A stretch of 64,000 nt of DNA, taken from assembly GCA_005239895.1 (NCBI GenBank), contig SBBB01000027.1, positions 376 to 64,375 on the forward strand, in the 5' to 3' direction. The notes under the pieces are model-generated. The model worked only from the letters and a program-made list of their open reading frames with translations, was not told the origin of the DNA and did no database searches. This document shows, piece by piece, positions 19,487 through 29,504 of this stretch. Position numbers and translations under genes: made by a program. The stretch comes from a bacterium (GTDB taxonomy: Bacteria > Patescibacteriota > Patescibacteriia > SBBB01). How positions within the stretch are numbered: position 1 is the stretch's first letter; the number at the start of each line of letters is the position of its first letter.

Positions 19487-20803
19487 ATGATTGTATTTGA
19501 TAAATTAGTATCTCTTTGTAAAAGACGAGGGTTTATTTTTTCAGGATCTTCTATTTATGGAGGATTAGCTAATAGTTTTGATTATGGTTTTTTAGGGGTA
19601 GAATTGAAAAACAATATTAAACAAGCGTGGTGGAAAAAGTTTGTGCAAACAAGAGATGATATGATTGGTATAGATGCCGCGATATTTATGAATCCTAAAG
19701 TTTGGGAAGCTTCGGGGCATTTGCAAAATTTTACAGATCCATTGGCGGATTGTAAAAAATGTCACGAACGTTTTAGACAAGATTTAGTACCGATTGAGCA
19801 CTCCACTACTTGTGGTGGTGAATTAACGGATGTGCGTAATTTTAATTTAATGTTTAAAACTACTCTGGGACCTGTGGAAGGCGAAGGTTCGGTGGTTTAT
19901 TTGAGACCGGAATTGGCGCAAGCTATGTTTGTGGACTTTAAGGAGCTATACGAAACTTATCGTTTATCTGTTCCTTTTGGCGTGGCTCAAATTGGCAAGG
20001 CGTTTAGAAATGAAATTACGACAGGTAATTTTATTTTTCGCACGCGCGAATTTGATTTAGCGGAGTTTGAATATTTTGTTGAACCCGATAAATGGGAGCA
20101 TTGGTTTAATTATTGGTTGAAAGAAATGGAAGACTGGATTGCAGAATTAGGTATTAAAAAAGATGAGACGTATTTACACGAAATACCCGATGGTGATCGT
20201 GCTCATTATTCTAAGCGAACCATTGATATTGAATATCAATATCCGTTTGGTATGAAAGAATTATATGGTTTAGCTTGCCGGTCGGACTTTGATTTAAAAA
20301 ATCATGAGAAATATAGTGGCAAAGATTTAAAATATAAAAATTTATCCACGGGAGCTAATTTTCTTCCCTATGTGATAGAGCCAACCTTTGGAATAGATCG
20401 ATCGGTTTTTGCAGTTTTAGCCAGTGCTTACTCCGAAGAAGAAGCGCCAACCACAGAAGAAGGCGAGAGTGATACGCGAGTGGTGTTAAAAATACCTAAA
20501 CATTTAGCTCCTATAAAAGTGGCAATATTACCCTTATCAAAAAAACAACCATTAATAGATAGTGCTAAAGACATAGCGAGTGAATTGCGAAAACATTTCA
20601 CGGTTTTGTACGACGAAACTCAATCTATTGGTCGCAGGTATAGACGTCAAGACGAAATTGGAACGCCTTATTGTATTACCATTGATTTTGAGACATCTAA
20701 TGATGGCTGCATTACGGTTCGTGATAGAGATACTATGCGACAAGAACGCAAAAATATAACAGAATTAAAAGATTATCTTCAATATTTATTAAATCAAGCT
20801 TAA
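19487..20803 (+). CDS. glyQS: glycine--tRNA ligase (alpha2 type)
   Basis: MIVFDKLVSLCKRRGFIFSGSSIYGG N-terminus, class II motifs (FRNEIT, GIDR). Confidence 0.9.
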   Translation: MIVFDKLVSLCKRRGFIFSGSSIYGGLANSFDYGFLGVELKNNIKQAWWKKFVQTRDDMIGIDAAIFMNPKVWEASGHLQNFTDPLADCKKCHERFRQDLVPIEHSTTCGGELTDVRNFNLMFKTTLGPVEGEGSVVYLRPELAQAMFVDFKELYETYRLSVPFGVAQIGKAFRNEITTGNFIFRTREFDLAEFEYFVEPDKWEHWFNYWLKEMEDWIAELGIKKDETYLHEIPDGDRAHYSKRTIDIEYQYPFGMKELYGLACRSDFDLKNHEKYSGKDLKYKNLSTGANFLPYVIEPTFGIDRSVFAVLASAYSEEEAPTTEEGESDTRVVLKIPKHLAPIKVAILPLSKKQPLIDSAKDIASELRKHFTVLYDETQSIGRRYRRQDEIGTPYCITIDFETSNDGCITVRDRDTMRQERKNITELKDYLQYLLNQA

Positions 20804-20864
20804 TTCCCTAGGTTTAAAAGATAAATTGTGTTATAATGTAAAATATATAATATAATTTATCTTT

Positions 20865-21983
20865 ATGATTGGTTTTTCTAAAAATCCCCAAGTTTATTTA
20901 GGAATAGATTTGGGACAAACAGGAATTAAATTAGTAGAATTAAACAAAGTAAATGAAAAACTTGAATTATCAACTTATGCTTTAGCTGAGTTTGATGAAA
21001 ATTTTTTGCAACATACAATTAAAGGTCAAAGTAGTGCCCAGGAAGTTGCGCGAGCTGTTAAATATACATGCGTTAAAGCTAAAACCAGGGGATTAAATGT
21101 CACTTCTTCCGTGCCAGCCTGTTCGGTTTTTACAGCGATACTTACAGTGCCTAATTTAAGTTTTACGGAAATGGATATTATTATTAGAAAAGAGACTAAA
21201 AAATTGATTCATTTTTCTTTAGAGGAAGTTATTGTGAGTTGGAAAATTGTAGGCACTAATCCTAATGTACAAAATATTTTATATAGCACTGTAGAACATT
21301 TAGAGAGAGTAGAAAAACCAAAAGACGAAGCTTTAACCCAAGTAACAGTTGTATTGACCGTAGTTCCTAAAAGTATCGTAACGAGATACAAAGAAATATT
21401 TCAACTGGCAGGATTAAAATTAGTAAGCCTAGAGACTGAAACCGTGGCTTTATCTAGAGCCTTAGTTGGCACAGAACAAGTATCTATACTTATATTAGAC
21501 ATAGGGGCTATTACGAGTAATATTTTTGTAATTGAAAACGGAGAGCCGGTTATAAGTAGAACCATAGAAGTTGGGGGTGTAACTATGACCGAGGCTTTGA
21601 GTAAATCTCTAAATTTAGATTTTAATTATACCGAACAATTAAAATATGATGTGGGTTTAAGTGTAACTAGTGAGGATGGAAAATCAACCATGTCTAGTGT
21701 CGTAGAACCCATTATAACCAAAATTATTGATGAAATTAAATATAGTTTAAATCTATATTACAAAGAAAATGAAAATAATAAAATTGAAAAAATAATTTTA
21801 ACTGGTGGTTCAGCTTTAGTTCCGGGGATTGATCAGTATATATCTCAATTAACTAGTTTATCGGTTTATGTTGGTGACCCTTGGTTTCACGTTGAGTATA
21901 ACAAGGCGTTACAGGGTCTTTTATATCAGATAGCGCCTCGTATGGCCGTAACCGTAGGTTTGGCTTTAAAAAATGTAATTTGA
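20865..21983 (+). CDS. pilM: type IV pilus assembly protein PilM-like (actin-like ATPase)
   Basis: LGIDLGQTGIKLVEL N-terminal actin-fold motif and overall PilM architecture. Confidence 0.65.
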   Translation: MIGFSKNPQVYLGIDLGQTGIKLVELNKVNEKLELSTYALAEFDENFLQHTIKGQSSAQEVARAVKYTCVKAKTRGLNVTSSVPACSVFTAILTVPNLSFTEMDIIIRKETKKLIHFSLEEVIVSWKIVGTNPNVQNILYSTVEHLERVEKPKDEALTQVTVVLTVVPKSIVTRYKEIFQLAGLKLVSLETETVALSRALVGTEQVSILILDIGAITSNIFVIENGEPVISRTIEVGGVTMTEALSKSLNLDFNYTEQLKYDVGLSVTSEDGKSTMSSVVEPIITKIIDEIKYSLNLYYKENENNKIEKIILTGGSALVPGIDQYISQLTSLSVYVGDPWFHVEYNKALQGLLYQIAPRMAVTVGLALKNVI

Positions 21984-21986
21984 TAT

Positions 21987-22868
21987 ATGGAAGACGAAAT
22001 ACTTATTAAAGATACCGATGGCGTATTTAAAATTTTAAAAAACAATATTTTAACTCCCGTAGTTACTTTAGAGGGTGATGATAATAATCTTTTTTCATTA
22101 AGCACCGATGCATTGTTAAAAAAAATAATTGAACTAAAAAACACTAGATTACAGAATACTTTTTCTTATCGGTTATCTTTAATAAAAGTGATATGCGAGA
22201 GGGGCATTTTAGAAAACGTTCTCTTTAATGAAAAAAAGAATTATGGCTTAGTCGAGATAGTTGAATTTGTAAAATCATTTTTAGGAACATCTCAAAAATC
22301 TTTAGAGGGTATTCAGGAGTTATCAGAAATAGGTAAAAGAATATTTCACTACGAAATAACCAATTATGTAGATTACAATCTTGATACTAAAAAGTTTGCG
22401 TTTAATGATATAGATGTTATTGATAAGAAACAAATACAAGCTATCGAAAGTTTACCTAGTTCAGATAGAATTCAAAAAGGACTAAGCGCTAGTTTGATTT
22501 TAAAATCAGCCCTTGGCAAGACTGGTAATTTAGAAGTTTTTTTGGAGTTTATTAATAAGGGGATATTTAAAACTTTATTTAATTTCGCGACTATAAATGA
22601 TTTGCAGAATAACATTAAATTGTCGGATGCTAAATTATTATTTGGATTTAGTCGTACGACTGACATTAGGGTAGATAGCAACGGTTACTTGCGGGTTTCC
22701 AATGATTGGCAAGATATAAATTTAGCCCGACTGAAGCAGTCTGGATTAAATCATGTGGCTTTTGCGAATTTAATAGCTGTGGTCTATAATATATTAGTAG
22801 GGAATAAAAAAATTGTTATGGGAGGTATAAATATTAAAGATGAAAAAGATAGAGTGGTTATTGTTTAA
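21987..22868 (+). CDS. hypothetical protein
   Basis: 293 aa, no TM. Gene 2 of the pilM-to-comF block. Confidence 0.35.
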   Translation: MEDEILIKDTDGVFKILKNNILTPVVTLEGDDNNLFSLSTDALLKKIIELKNTRLQNTFSYRLSLIKVICERGILENVLFNEKKNYGLVEIVEFVKSFLGTSQKSLEGIQELSEIGKRIFHYEITNYVDYNLDTKKFAFNDIDVIDKKQIQAIESLPSSDRIQKGLSASLILKSALGKTGNLEVFLEFINKGIFKTLFNFATINDLQNNIKLSDAKLLFGFSRTTDIRVDSNGYLRVSNDWQDINLARLKQSGLNHVAFANLIAVVYNILVGNKKIVMGGINIKDEKDRVVIV

Positions 22869-22930
22869 TATTAATTTTTTTAGAATAAATGTTTTTGAGT
22901 TTATTTAGTTTTGAAAAATATAATTAAAGT

Positions 22931-24946
22931 ATGAATCTTACTAAACAATCTTTTAATGATTTGACAAGTAGTCAGTTTCAAGATAGAGAGGTTTTTACAG
23001 CCCTGCAAGATGTTGTTTTAGATTGTGAGCGCTGGGCTCATTTAGGAGATATTTACGAGTTTTATATTATTTTAAAGCCTAAAATGAATGCTACTAAGGT
23101 TGATGGTCATTCTTTAGATATTTATTTGGAATATGAAGAATTGCTGATTAGAATGGGTTTTATTACTTTGCCGTTTCAGCCTCTTAGTGAGGTTGTAGAT
23201 TTATTTACCAAACATTTATTAGTAGCTTTAAAATTCAAAATAAACCTATTTGATAAATTTATTTTAAGATTTTTACTAAAAGATATAAAGGCTGTGCGCA
23301 CAGAACTTCAGGTTATTATTAAAGCCTTGGAAAGCAATTTGGAAATTATGGAGCCTGAAAACCCCACAATTCAACCCTACCCCATTAATTCCTGGATAAA
23401 CGACTATAAAAATTATTTAGAGAATAATAAGGGTACAACCAATACAATTGCTCAGTTTATAGATACGTTTATTACAGCCACAGTTGACGCTGATTTTAGA
23501 CAAAGAGTAAGAAGCGTTTTAAATATTTATGATTGGTTAGTAAATTACGAAGAACGTAAGCGCGCCAATACTATATCTACAGAGTTATATGTTAAAGACA
23601 ATGGTGTTTCCACTACTCGTGTTATCTCTAAAGCAGCTAACACTATTGATGTTAAAAAGAGTAATGAGGTTAGTATTCCTAAAGTTGATTATGATGCAAT
23701 TATTGATAAGGTTATTACAGAGTGTAATTTTAGTACGCAAGGAGAAATAATAGTAAAACGAGCTCGTAATATATGTTTAAGTTGTTTAAAAAATTTGCGA
23801 GATGTTGTAGATACTAAATTAATACTTATGCAGCCACAAACTAAAGGTGGTTTAGGTGTAACTGAAAAAATGGCCTATAAAATAATTAGTATGCTTACAG
23901 AGCATATTGATTTTGAATCCCAGATCCAAATTAAAAAGCCACTTCAAATGAAAATTTCTGTCACCCAATCATCTGATGCTGTTTTAGATCAATTAGAGTT
24001 AATGCCACCACCCCTAACTGTTATTTCAGTTGAACCAGAAGTGCCTGTTCCTCCGGTTGGTTCTACAACAACTGAAGAGAATGTGCTGGAAGAGAAACCC
24101 ATATTAAATCAGAATGAGTTGGTTGTTTCTTTAGAACCAGAAATACCCAATCCAATTATTACAGAGCCCACAGAACCAGTTGAGACAAGTCAAACTACTT
24201 TAAATTCTGTTGTAAATTCAGAAGTTTCTTTAGTGCCTGAAGAAGCTGTTACTGATTCTAAACAAACCAATTCACTTTTAGATCAACTAGAATTAATGCC
24301 ACCACCCCTAGCTGTTATTTCAGTTGAACCCGAAGTGCCTGTTCCTCCGGTTATTTCCACAATCACCGAAGTCAACCCACTTGAAGAAAAGCCCGTGTTA
24401 AATGAGTCAGTTATTTTTTCAGAACCAGAAATTCCAAAACAGGCTATTGTTCCAGACCCAGTAATTATTGAGACACCAACACCTGAAGCCCATCCCCTTA
24501 ATGCACAACCAATTACAAATGAAGCTGTTATACCGATTAAAGAAGAAGCTGTATCTAAAGAGATCGCGACTTCAGCAGTACTGGAAACATCCAAGGATTC
24601 GTTCAAAACCAGTCATAAATCACGAGTAATGACCCCCATTGATGAGTTGAGTGTTATGGGGTTGGTTGAATTTAGGCGTTTATCTGAAAATGCTTTTCAG
24701 GCTATGGAAAAACTTTCCAATAAATTAAAGCTTTGGGGACAAGAGTCGTTTTTAAAGCGCTTAGATGGAATAACAGCCTGGAGATCATCTCCCATACATC
24801 AGATGTATCTTGCGGTATGCAAAGAAAGTTTAAATCAGAATAAAAACCCATTTGACGTTATTAAAGCCCATAATAATCCTAAAGAGTATATCACCGTTGA
24901 TGAATATAGTGCTATAATATCTTTTAATATTAGTTTGAGAGTTTAA
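22931..24946 (+). CDS. hypothetical Pro/Glu-rich protein with internal ~98-aa tandem duplication
   Basis: DQLELMPPPL[T/A]VISVEPEVPVPPV... occurs twice. DNA repeats start at 23987 and 24281, near-identical over about 80 nt. Confidence 0.45.
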   Translation: MNLTKQSFNDLTSSQFQDREVFTALQDVVLDCERWAHLGDIYEFYIILKPKMNATKVDGHSLDIYLEYEELLIRMGFITLPFQPLSEVVDLFTKHLLVALKFKINLFDKFILRFLLKDIKAVRTELQVIIKALESNLEIMEPENPTIQPYPINSWINDYKNYLENNKGTTNTIAQFIDTFITATVDADFRQRVRSVLNIYDWLVNYEERKRANTISTELYVKDNGVSTTRVISKAANTIDVKKSNEVSIPKVDYDAIIDKVITECNFSTQGEIIVKRARNICLSCLKNLRDVVDTKLILMQPQTKGGLGVTEKMAYKIISMLTEHIDFESQIQIKKPLQMKISVTQSSDAVLDQLELMPPPLTVISVEPEVPVPPVGSTTTEENVLEEKPILNQNELVVSLEPEIPNPIITEPTEPVETSQTTLNSVVNSEVSLVPEEAVTDSKQTNSLLDQLELMPPPLAVISVEPEVPVPPVISTITEVNPLEEKPVLNESVIFSEPEIPKQAIVPDPVIIETPTPEAHPLNAQPITNEAVIPIKEEAVSKEIATSAVLETSKDSFKTSHKSRVMTPIDELSVMGLVEFRRLSENAFQAMEKLSNKLKLWGQESFLKRLDGITAWRSSPIHQMYLAVCKESLNQNKNPFDVIKAHNNPKEYITVDEYSAIISFNISLRV

Positions 24947-24970
24947 AAGTTATGATTTAAGATTTATGAT

Positions 24971-25107
24971 TTTTTTCATTCGCGTATTAGTGAAGGCTTC
25001 CTCCTACGCTTTTAGTGGAGCTTCCACCGACGCCCCAACTTCGTCAAGACTTCGATGGGTAGGCAAGGCTTTGGTGGACAAGCCGGAGGACAAACTGGAG
25101 GATAAGA
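24971..25107. repeat. GC-rich palindromic intergenic element upstream of the PrgI-like gene
   Basis: TTTTTCATTCGCG start resembles the MITE terminus TTGTCATTCCCGCG. Several nested hairpins (GTGGAGCTTCCAC; CCACC...GGTGG). Confidence 0.35.
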
Positions 25108-25114
25108 TTTAAAT

Positions 25115-25558
25115 ATGCAACAATTTACTATTCCACAATTTATTGATGTAGAATCAAAAATTATAGGCGCCATGACAACGCGTCAATTTCTTATTTGTTT
25201 ATCAGCTGGTGGTTTGTTGTATATTATTTATAAACTAGCTGATTTTACTTTATTTGTTTTTTTGGGTTTGATTATTATCGCGGTTTTTGGGGCCCTGGGT
25301 TTTCTGCCTATTAATGGAAGACCTATGCATTTTTTTCTTTTAAATTTTATGCAAACCCTGAAGAAACCCAAAACTAGAGTCTGGAATAAGCATATTTCTA
25401 AAACGGAACTCAAAAAAATTTTAGAGCGTAATTACCTGGCTCCAGTTGTTAGTCATATTATTCAACCTAAAGGTCAGTTACCGCAGAGTTCTTTGAGAGA
25501 TTTAGCCTTAGTAGTAGATACGGGCGGGGTTTATCATGGAGATAATTTATTGGATTAA
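25115..25558 (+). CDS. PrgI-family small membrane protein (T4SS VirB3-like)
   Basis: IPQFIDVESKIIGAMTTRQF N-terminus characteristic of the PrgI family. 2 TM helices. Confidence 0.6.
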   Translation: MQQFTIPQFIDVESKIIGAMTTRQFLICLSAGGLLYIIYKLADFTLFVFLGLIIIAVFGALGFLPINGRPMHFFLLNFMQTLKKPKTRVWNKHISKTELKKILERNYLAPVVSHIIQPKGQLPQSSLRDLALVVDTGGVYHGDNLLD

Positions 25559-25591
25559 AATTATTTTTAAATTATAAGATTTTTGAAAGAT

Positions 25592-26242
25592 ATGCAATCT
25601 ACACAACGTTTTTTAAATATTTCTGAAATTAGGGATAATTGTGTTATTTTAAAAGATGGTACTTTGTTGAGCGTTGTTATGGTGTCGTCAATTAATTTTG
25701 ATCTAAAGGCTGAAGACGAACAAAACGCAGTGATTTCTGGTTATGTTAATTTTTTAAATAGCATTGAATATCCTTTGCAAATAGTGATACAATCTCGCAA
25801 ATTGAATGTGGATGCGTATTTGCTAAAATTAGATAAGATTGTTAAGGCTCAAACCAATGAGCTTTTAAAGGCGCAAACCATAGATTATATTAAATATATT
25901 CGAAGCTTGCTGGAATTAGGTGAAATTATGACAAAACGTTTTTATGTTGTAGTTTCCTATAATGTTTTTAGTAATAAACAGAAAGGTTTTTGGACTAGAG
26001 TAATGGAAGTTTTTCACGCTGACGTGGTTATAAATTTAAGCGACAAGGTGTTCAAAGAGCGTAGTGAAGCCTTAAGTTTACGTACTAATCAGGTTAAAGC
26101 CGGCTTAACTAGTTTAGGTTTACAGTGTGTGGTTTTAGATACGCAAGGTTTAATAGAATTATATTATTACACTTATAATTTAGAATCATCTGAAATAGGA
26201 CAGACTTTAAAGATTGATAAATTAAATGTAGAGAGTGTTTAA
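25592..26242 (+). CDS. VirB4/TrbE N-terminal-domain-like protein (possibly 5' part of a split VirB4 gene)
   Basis: RFLNISEIRDNCVILKDGTLLSVVMVSSINFDLKAEDEQ resembles N-termini of Gram-positive VirB4 ATPases. Ends 8 nt inside the next ORF, in a different frame. Confidence 0.45.
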   Translation: MQSTQRFLNISEIRDNCVILKDGTLLSVVMVSSINFDLKAEDEQNAVISGYVNFLNSIEYPLQIVIQSRKLNVDAYLLKLDKIVKAQTNELLKAQTIDYIKYIRSLLELGEIMTKRFYVVVSYNVFSNKQKGFWTRVMEVFHADVVINLSDKVFKERSEALSLRTNQVKAGLTSLGLQCVVLDTQGLIELYYYTYNLESSEIGQTLKIDKLNVESV

Positions 26243-26249
26243 TACTATT

Positions 26250-28115
26250 ATGTTTAATTTTTTTAAGAAAAAAGCTAATCCATCTGAGGAATTATCAAAA
26301 ACCAAAGTAGATAAAGCAGATATTAAGTCTAGTGTTATAACCTCCGAAGTATTAGTCGAAGAATTTGTTTATCGTAAGGGTATTACTTCTATTAGAGATT
26401 TAATTTCTCCAGCTGCGATGGAAATAAAACCTAGGTATATTAAGCTGGGCAATAAGTTTGTGACGACTGTGTTTGTTATTACTTATCCACGTTATATTAA
26501 TGTTGGGTGGTTTAGGCCTATTATTAATTTAAATGCTACCATAGATATATCTATGTTTTTTTATCCAGTTGAAGCCGGTATTATTTTAAAACAATTAAGA
26601 GATAAGGTTGGTGTATTAGAAGCTCAACTGTCCTCGGATCATGACAAGGGTGCTCCACGCGACCCGTTGCGCGAAACAGCCTTGAGAGATATTGAAAAAT
26701 TACGAGATGATTTAACCCAAGGTGTTGAAAAATTTTTTCAATTTGGACTTTATGTAACAGTTTATACTAACACGGAAGAGGAGTTGATTAAAATGGTAAA
26801 TCTTTTAGAGTCATTATTTAATTCCAAATTAGTTATTATAAAACAAGGATTATATCAGGCGGAACAAGGTTTTATGTCAACCTTGCCGTTATCTAGCGAT
26901 GAGTTACAACTCTCATCTAACATGAATAGTTCTCCGATTGCGTCTTCTTTTCCTTTTATGTCTTCGGAATTAACATCTGATAATGGGGTGTTGTATGGTA
27001 TAAATCGCCATAATAATAGTTTAATTTTATTTGATCGTTTTTCTTTGCAGAATGCTAATTTTGCGGTTTTTGCGACTAGTGGAGCTGGTAAAAGTTATAC
27101 TATTAAATTAGAAGTTTTAAGACAGTTAATGATGGGTGTGGATGTCATTATTATTGATCCTGAAAAAGAGTATGGTCAATTATCAGCTGCTGTAGGTGGC
27201 ACCTATATTAATATTTCACTAAATTCCGAAAGTAAGATTAACCCATTTGATTTGCCCCGGGGAGCTAAAGACGTAAAAACTAGTGATGTTATACGCAGCG
27301 CGGTTATTACTGTTAAAGGACTACTGCGTTTGATGTTGGGGAGTTTTACAACCGAGGAGGATTCTTTGATGGATCGCGCCATTATTGAAACTTATGCTAA
27401 AAAAGATATTACGCCCGATGCGGACTTGTCACTCGTAGAACCTCCCATCTTGCAAGACTTGCAAAGTATATTAGAAGGTATGGATGGTGGCGCGAATTTA
27501 GTGTTAAGATTAAAAAAGTACACGGAAGGCACTTTTTCGGGATTCTTAAATAATCCCACCAATGTGGAAATTAATAATCAACTAGTGATATTTAGCGTCC
27601 GTGATTTGGAGGACGAATTGAGACCTTTAGCTATTTATACCGTAGTTAATTATATTTGGAATGTTGTGAGATCAAGTTTAAAGAAAAGAATATTAGTAAT
27701 TGACGAAGCGTGGTGGTTGATGCAACACGAAGATAGCGCTAAGTTTGTTTTTGCTTTAGTAAAAAGATGCCGAAAATATTATTTAGGAGTTACGACTATT
27801 ACGCAGGACGTGAATGATTTTTTGACTTCAATTTATGGAAAAGCCATTTTGAATAATTCCGCTATTCAAATGTTATTAAAACAATCGCCATCTTCTATTG
27901 ACTTAATTCAAAAAACTTTTTTATTAACTCAAGGTGAACGATATTTATTGCTTGAATCTGGCGTAGGTGAGGGTATTTTTTTTGCTGGGAATAAACACGC
28001 GGCGATTAAGGTTGTGGCATCTTATGTGGAAGACCAGATTATAACTTCTGATCCGCGTCAATTATTAGAAATAGAAGAAGCCAAGAAAGCCCTGGAAGAG
28101 TCTCAAGAAAAATAG
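26250..28115 (+). CDS. VirB4/TraC-like conjugal-transfer-type ATPase
   Basis: Walker A ATSGAGKS, Walker B VIDEAWWLM (DEAW), TTITQD motif. ATG at 26250 (track ORF opens at GTG 26235). Confidence 0.8.
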   Translation: MFNFFKKKANPSEELSKTKVDKADIKSSVITSEVLVEEFVYRKGITSIRDLISPAAMEIKPRYIKLGNKFVTTVFVITYPRYINVGWFRPIINLNATIDISMFFYPVEAGIILKQLRDKVGVLEAQLSSDHDKGAPRDPLRETALRDIEKLRDDLTQGVEKFFQFGLYVTVYTNTEEELIKMVNLLESLFNSKLVIIKQGLYQAEQGFMSTLPLSSDELQLSSNMNSSPIASSFPFMSSELTSDNGVLYGINRHNNSLILFDRFSLQNANFAVFATSGAGKSYTIKLEVLRQLMMGVDVIIIDPEKEYGQLSAAVGGTYINISLNSESKINPFDLPRGAKDVKTSDVIRSAVITVKGLLRLMLGSFTTEEDSLMDRAIIETYAKKDITPDADLSLVEPPILQDLQSILEGMDGGANLVLRLKKYTEGTFSGFLNNPTNVEINNQLVIFSVRDLEDELRPLAIYTVVNYIWNVVRSSLKKRILVIDEAWWLMQHEDSAKFVFALVKRCRKYYLGVTTITQDVNDFLTSIYGKAILNNSAIQMLLKQSPSSIDLIQKTFLLTQGERYLLLESGVGEGIFFAGNKHAAIKVVASYVEDQIITSDPRQLLEIEEAKKALEESQEK

Positions 28116-28136
28116 TTTATTTAATTAATCGTTATT

Positions 28137-28718
28137 ATGTCTAGTTTCACTAAAAAAATATTGATTTTGGTGGTTGTGATTTTAATAGGAGTTGGTTTAT
28201 GGGCATTCTGGACGTTTTTTTCTGAACCCTCAACATTAGAAATTTCAAATAATACAACCGTAGATCAGCCTATAAAAAAAATTATCAAACCAATCCCAAC
28301 TTCCAAGCCAGAAGCAGTTGTTAAAAAAGAAGTTAAAAAAGTTAGTCCGGAAGAGATTTTACAAACCAACCTAGTTAAAGTAGCTAGTGATTTTGTAGAA
28401 CGATTTGGTAGTTATTCCAATCATAATTCTTATGAAAATATTAAAGATTTGCAATTTGCAATGACTGAAAGTATGTGGAACAACGTTCAACCCAAGCCAA
28501 GTATTAAATCTACTCCCAAATATAGTGGCATGACCACCAAAGTTATTACAAGCAATATAATTAAATCTGATAACACTTTAGCCAAGGTAGATATCGCTAC
28601 CCAGAGGCAAGAATTTAAAGAGGGTTCTGCGCAACCTAGAGTTTTTTATCAAAATGTTTTAGTAACTTTAGTAAAAGATAATACTTCGTGGAAGATTGAT
28701 AATATCGAATGGAAATAA
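28137..28718 (+). CDS. hypothetical membrane-anchored / secreted protein
   Basis: N-terminal TM/signal anchor. No motif. Confidence 0.35.
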   Translation: MSSFTKKILILVVVILIGVGLWAFWTFFSEPSTLEISNNTTVDQPIKKIIKPIPTSKPEAVVKKEVKKVSPEEILQTNLVKVASDFVERFGSYSNHNSYENIKDLQFAMTESMWNNVQPKPSIKSTPKYSGMTTKVITSNIIKSDNTLAKVDIATQRQEFKEGSAQPRVFYQNVLVTLVKDNTSWKIDNIEWK

Positions 28719-29449
28719 TAAAAAATTTAAAATCCTTAATTTGTGCAGGCTCAAAATTAGTTTTAGATTGTTTATTCCCACTCAAATGTTTAAGTTGCTA
28801 TAAAGAAGGTAGTTGGGTGTGTTCAGAGTGCTTGCCAAAATTAAAAATTAATAATTTTCAATATTGTATTATTTGCGAAGGTCGTAATTTAGATGGCAGG
28901 GTTTGCATGGCTTGCGCTGAAAAATCTTATTTAAATGGATTACTAGTGGTATTTGATTATAAACATTATTTGGTTAAAAAGTTGATTACTACTTTTAAAT
29001 ATCAAAAAGCTCACCAATTAAAATATTTTTTAAGTGATTATTTAGTTGATTTATTGCACACAGTTTTTATACTAAACTTAGATTTAGAAAAACAAGATGA
29101 TATGGTCGTAACTTTTGTGCCTTTGCACAAAAAGCGTTTAATTGAAAGGGGATTTGATCAAGCAAATCTACTGTCTGAAATCTTAGCCCAGCAGTTGAAT
29201 TTAAATTTTACTCAATTATTAGTTCGCACGAGATATACCATACCTCAAGTAAAGTTAAGCATAGATGAACGTTTAAACAATTTACAGGGGGCGTTTAAAG
29301 TTCAAGATGCTCGCCAGAGTATTTTTAATAAAAAAGTAATTTTAGTGGATGATGTTGTTACCACTGGATCTACAATGCAAGAATGCGCTCGAGTTTTAAA
29401 ATTAGCTGGAGCGGCTGAAGTGTGGGGAATAGCTATTGCTAAAGGGTAG
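28709..29449 (+). CDS. comFC: ComF family protein (double zinc ribbon + phosphoribosyltransferase domain)
   Basis: CxxC...CxxC ribbons at the N-terminus. PRTase motif VILVDDVVTTGSTM. Confidence 0.8.
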   Translation: MEIIKNLKSLICAGSKLVLDCLFPLKCLSCYKEGSWVCSECLPKLKINNFQYCIICEGRNLDGRVCMACAEKSYLNGLLVVFDYKHYLVKKLITTFKYQKAHQLKYFLSDYLVDLLHTVFILNLDLEKQDDMVVTFVPLHKKRLIERGFDQANLLSEILAQQLNLNFTQLLVRTRYTIPQVKLSIDERLNNLQGAFKVQDARQSIFNKKVILVDDVVTTGSTMQECARVLKLAGAAEVWGIAIAKG

Positions 29450-29504
29450 TATTTTATAAATTAATGTTATGATATTAGTGTAATATAATTGTAAATTTTT
29501 ATTT

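Noticed and set aside
24283-24606. 107-aa Gly/Ser/Thr-rich ORF on - strand
   Set aside because: Antisense of the Pro/Glu-rich repeat region of the 671-aa gene.
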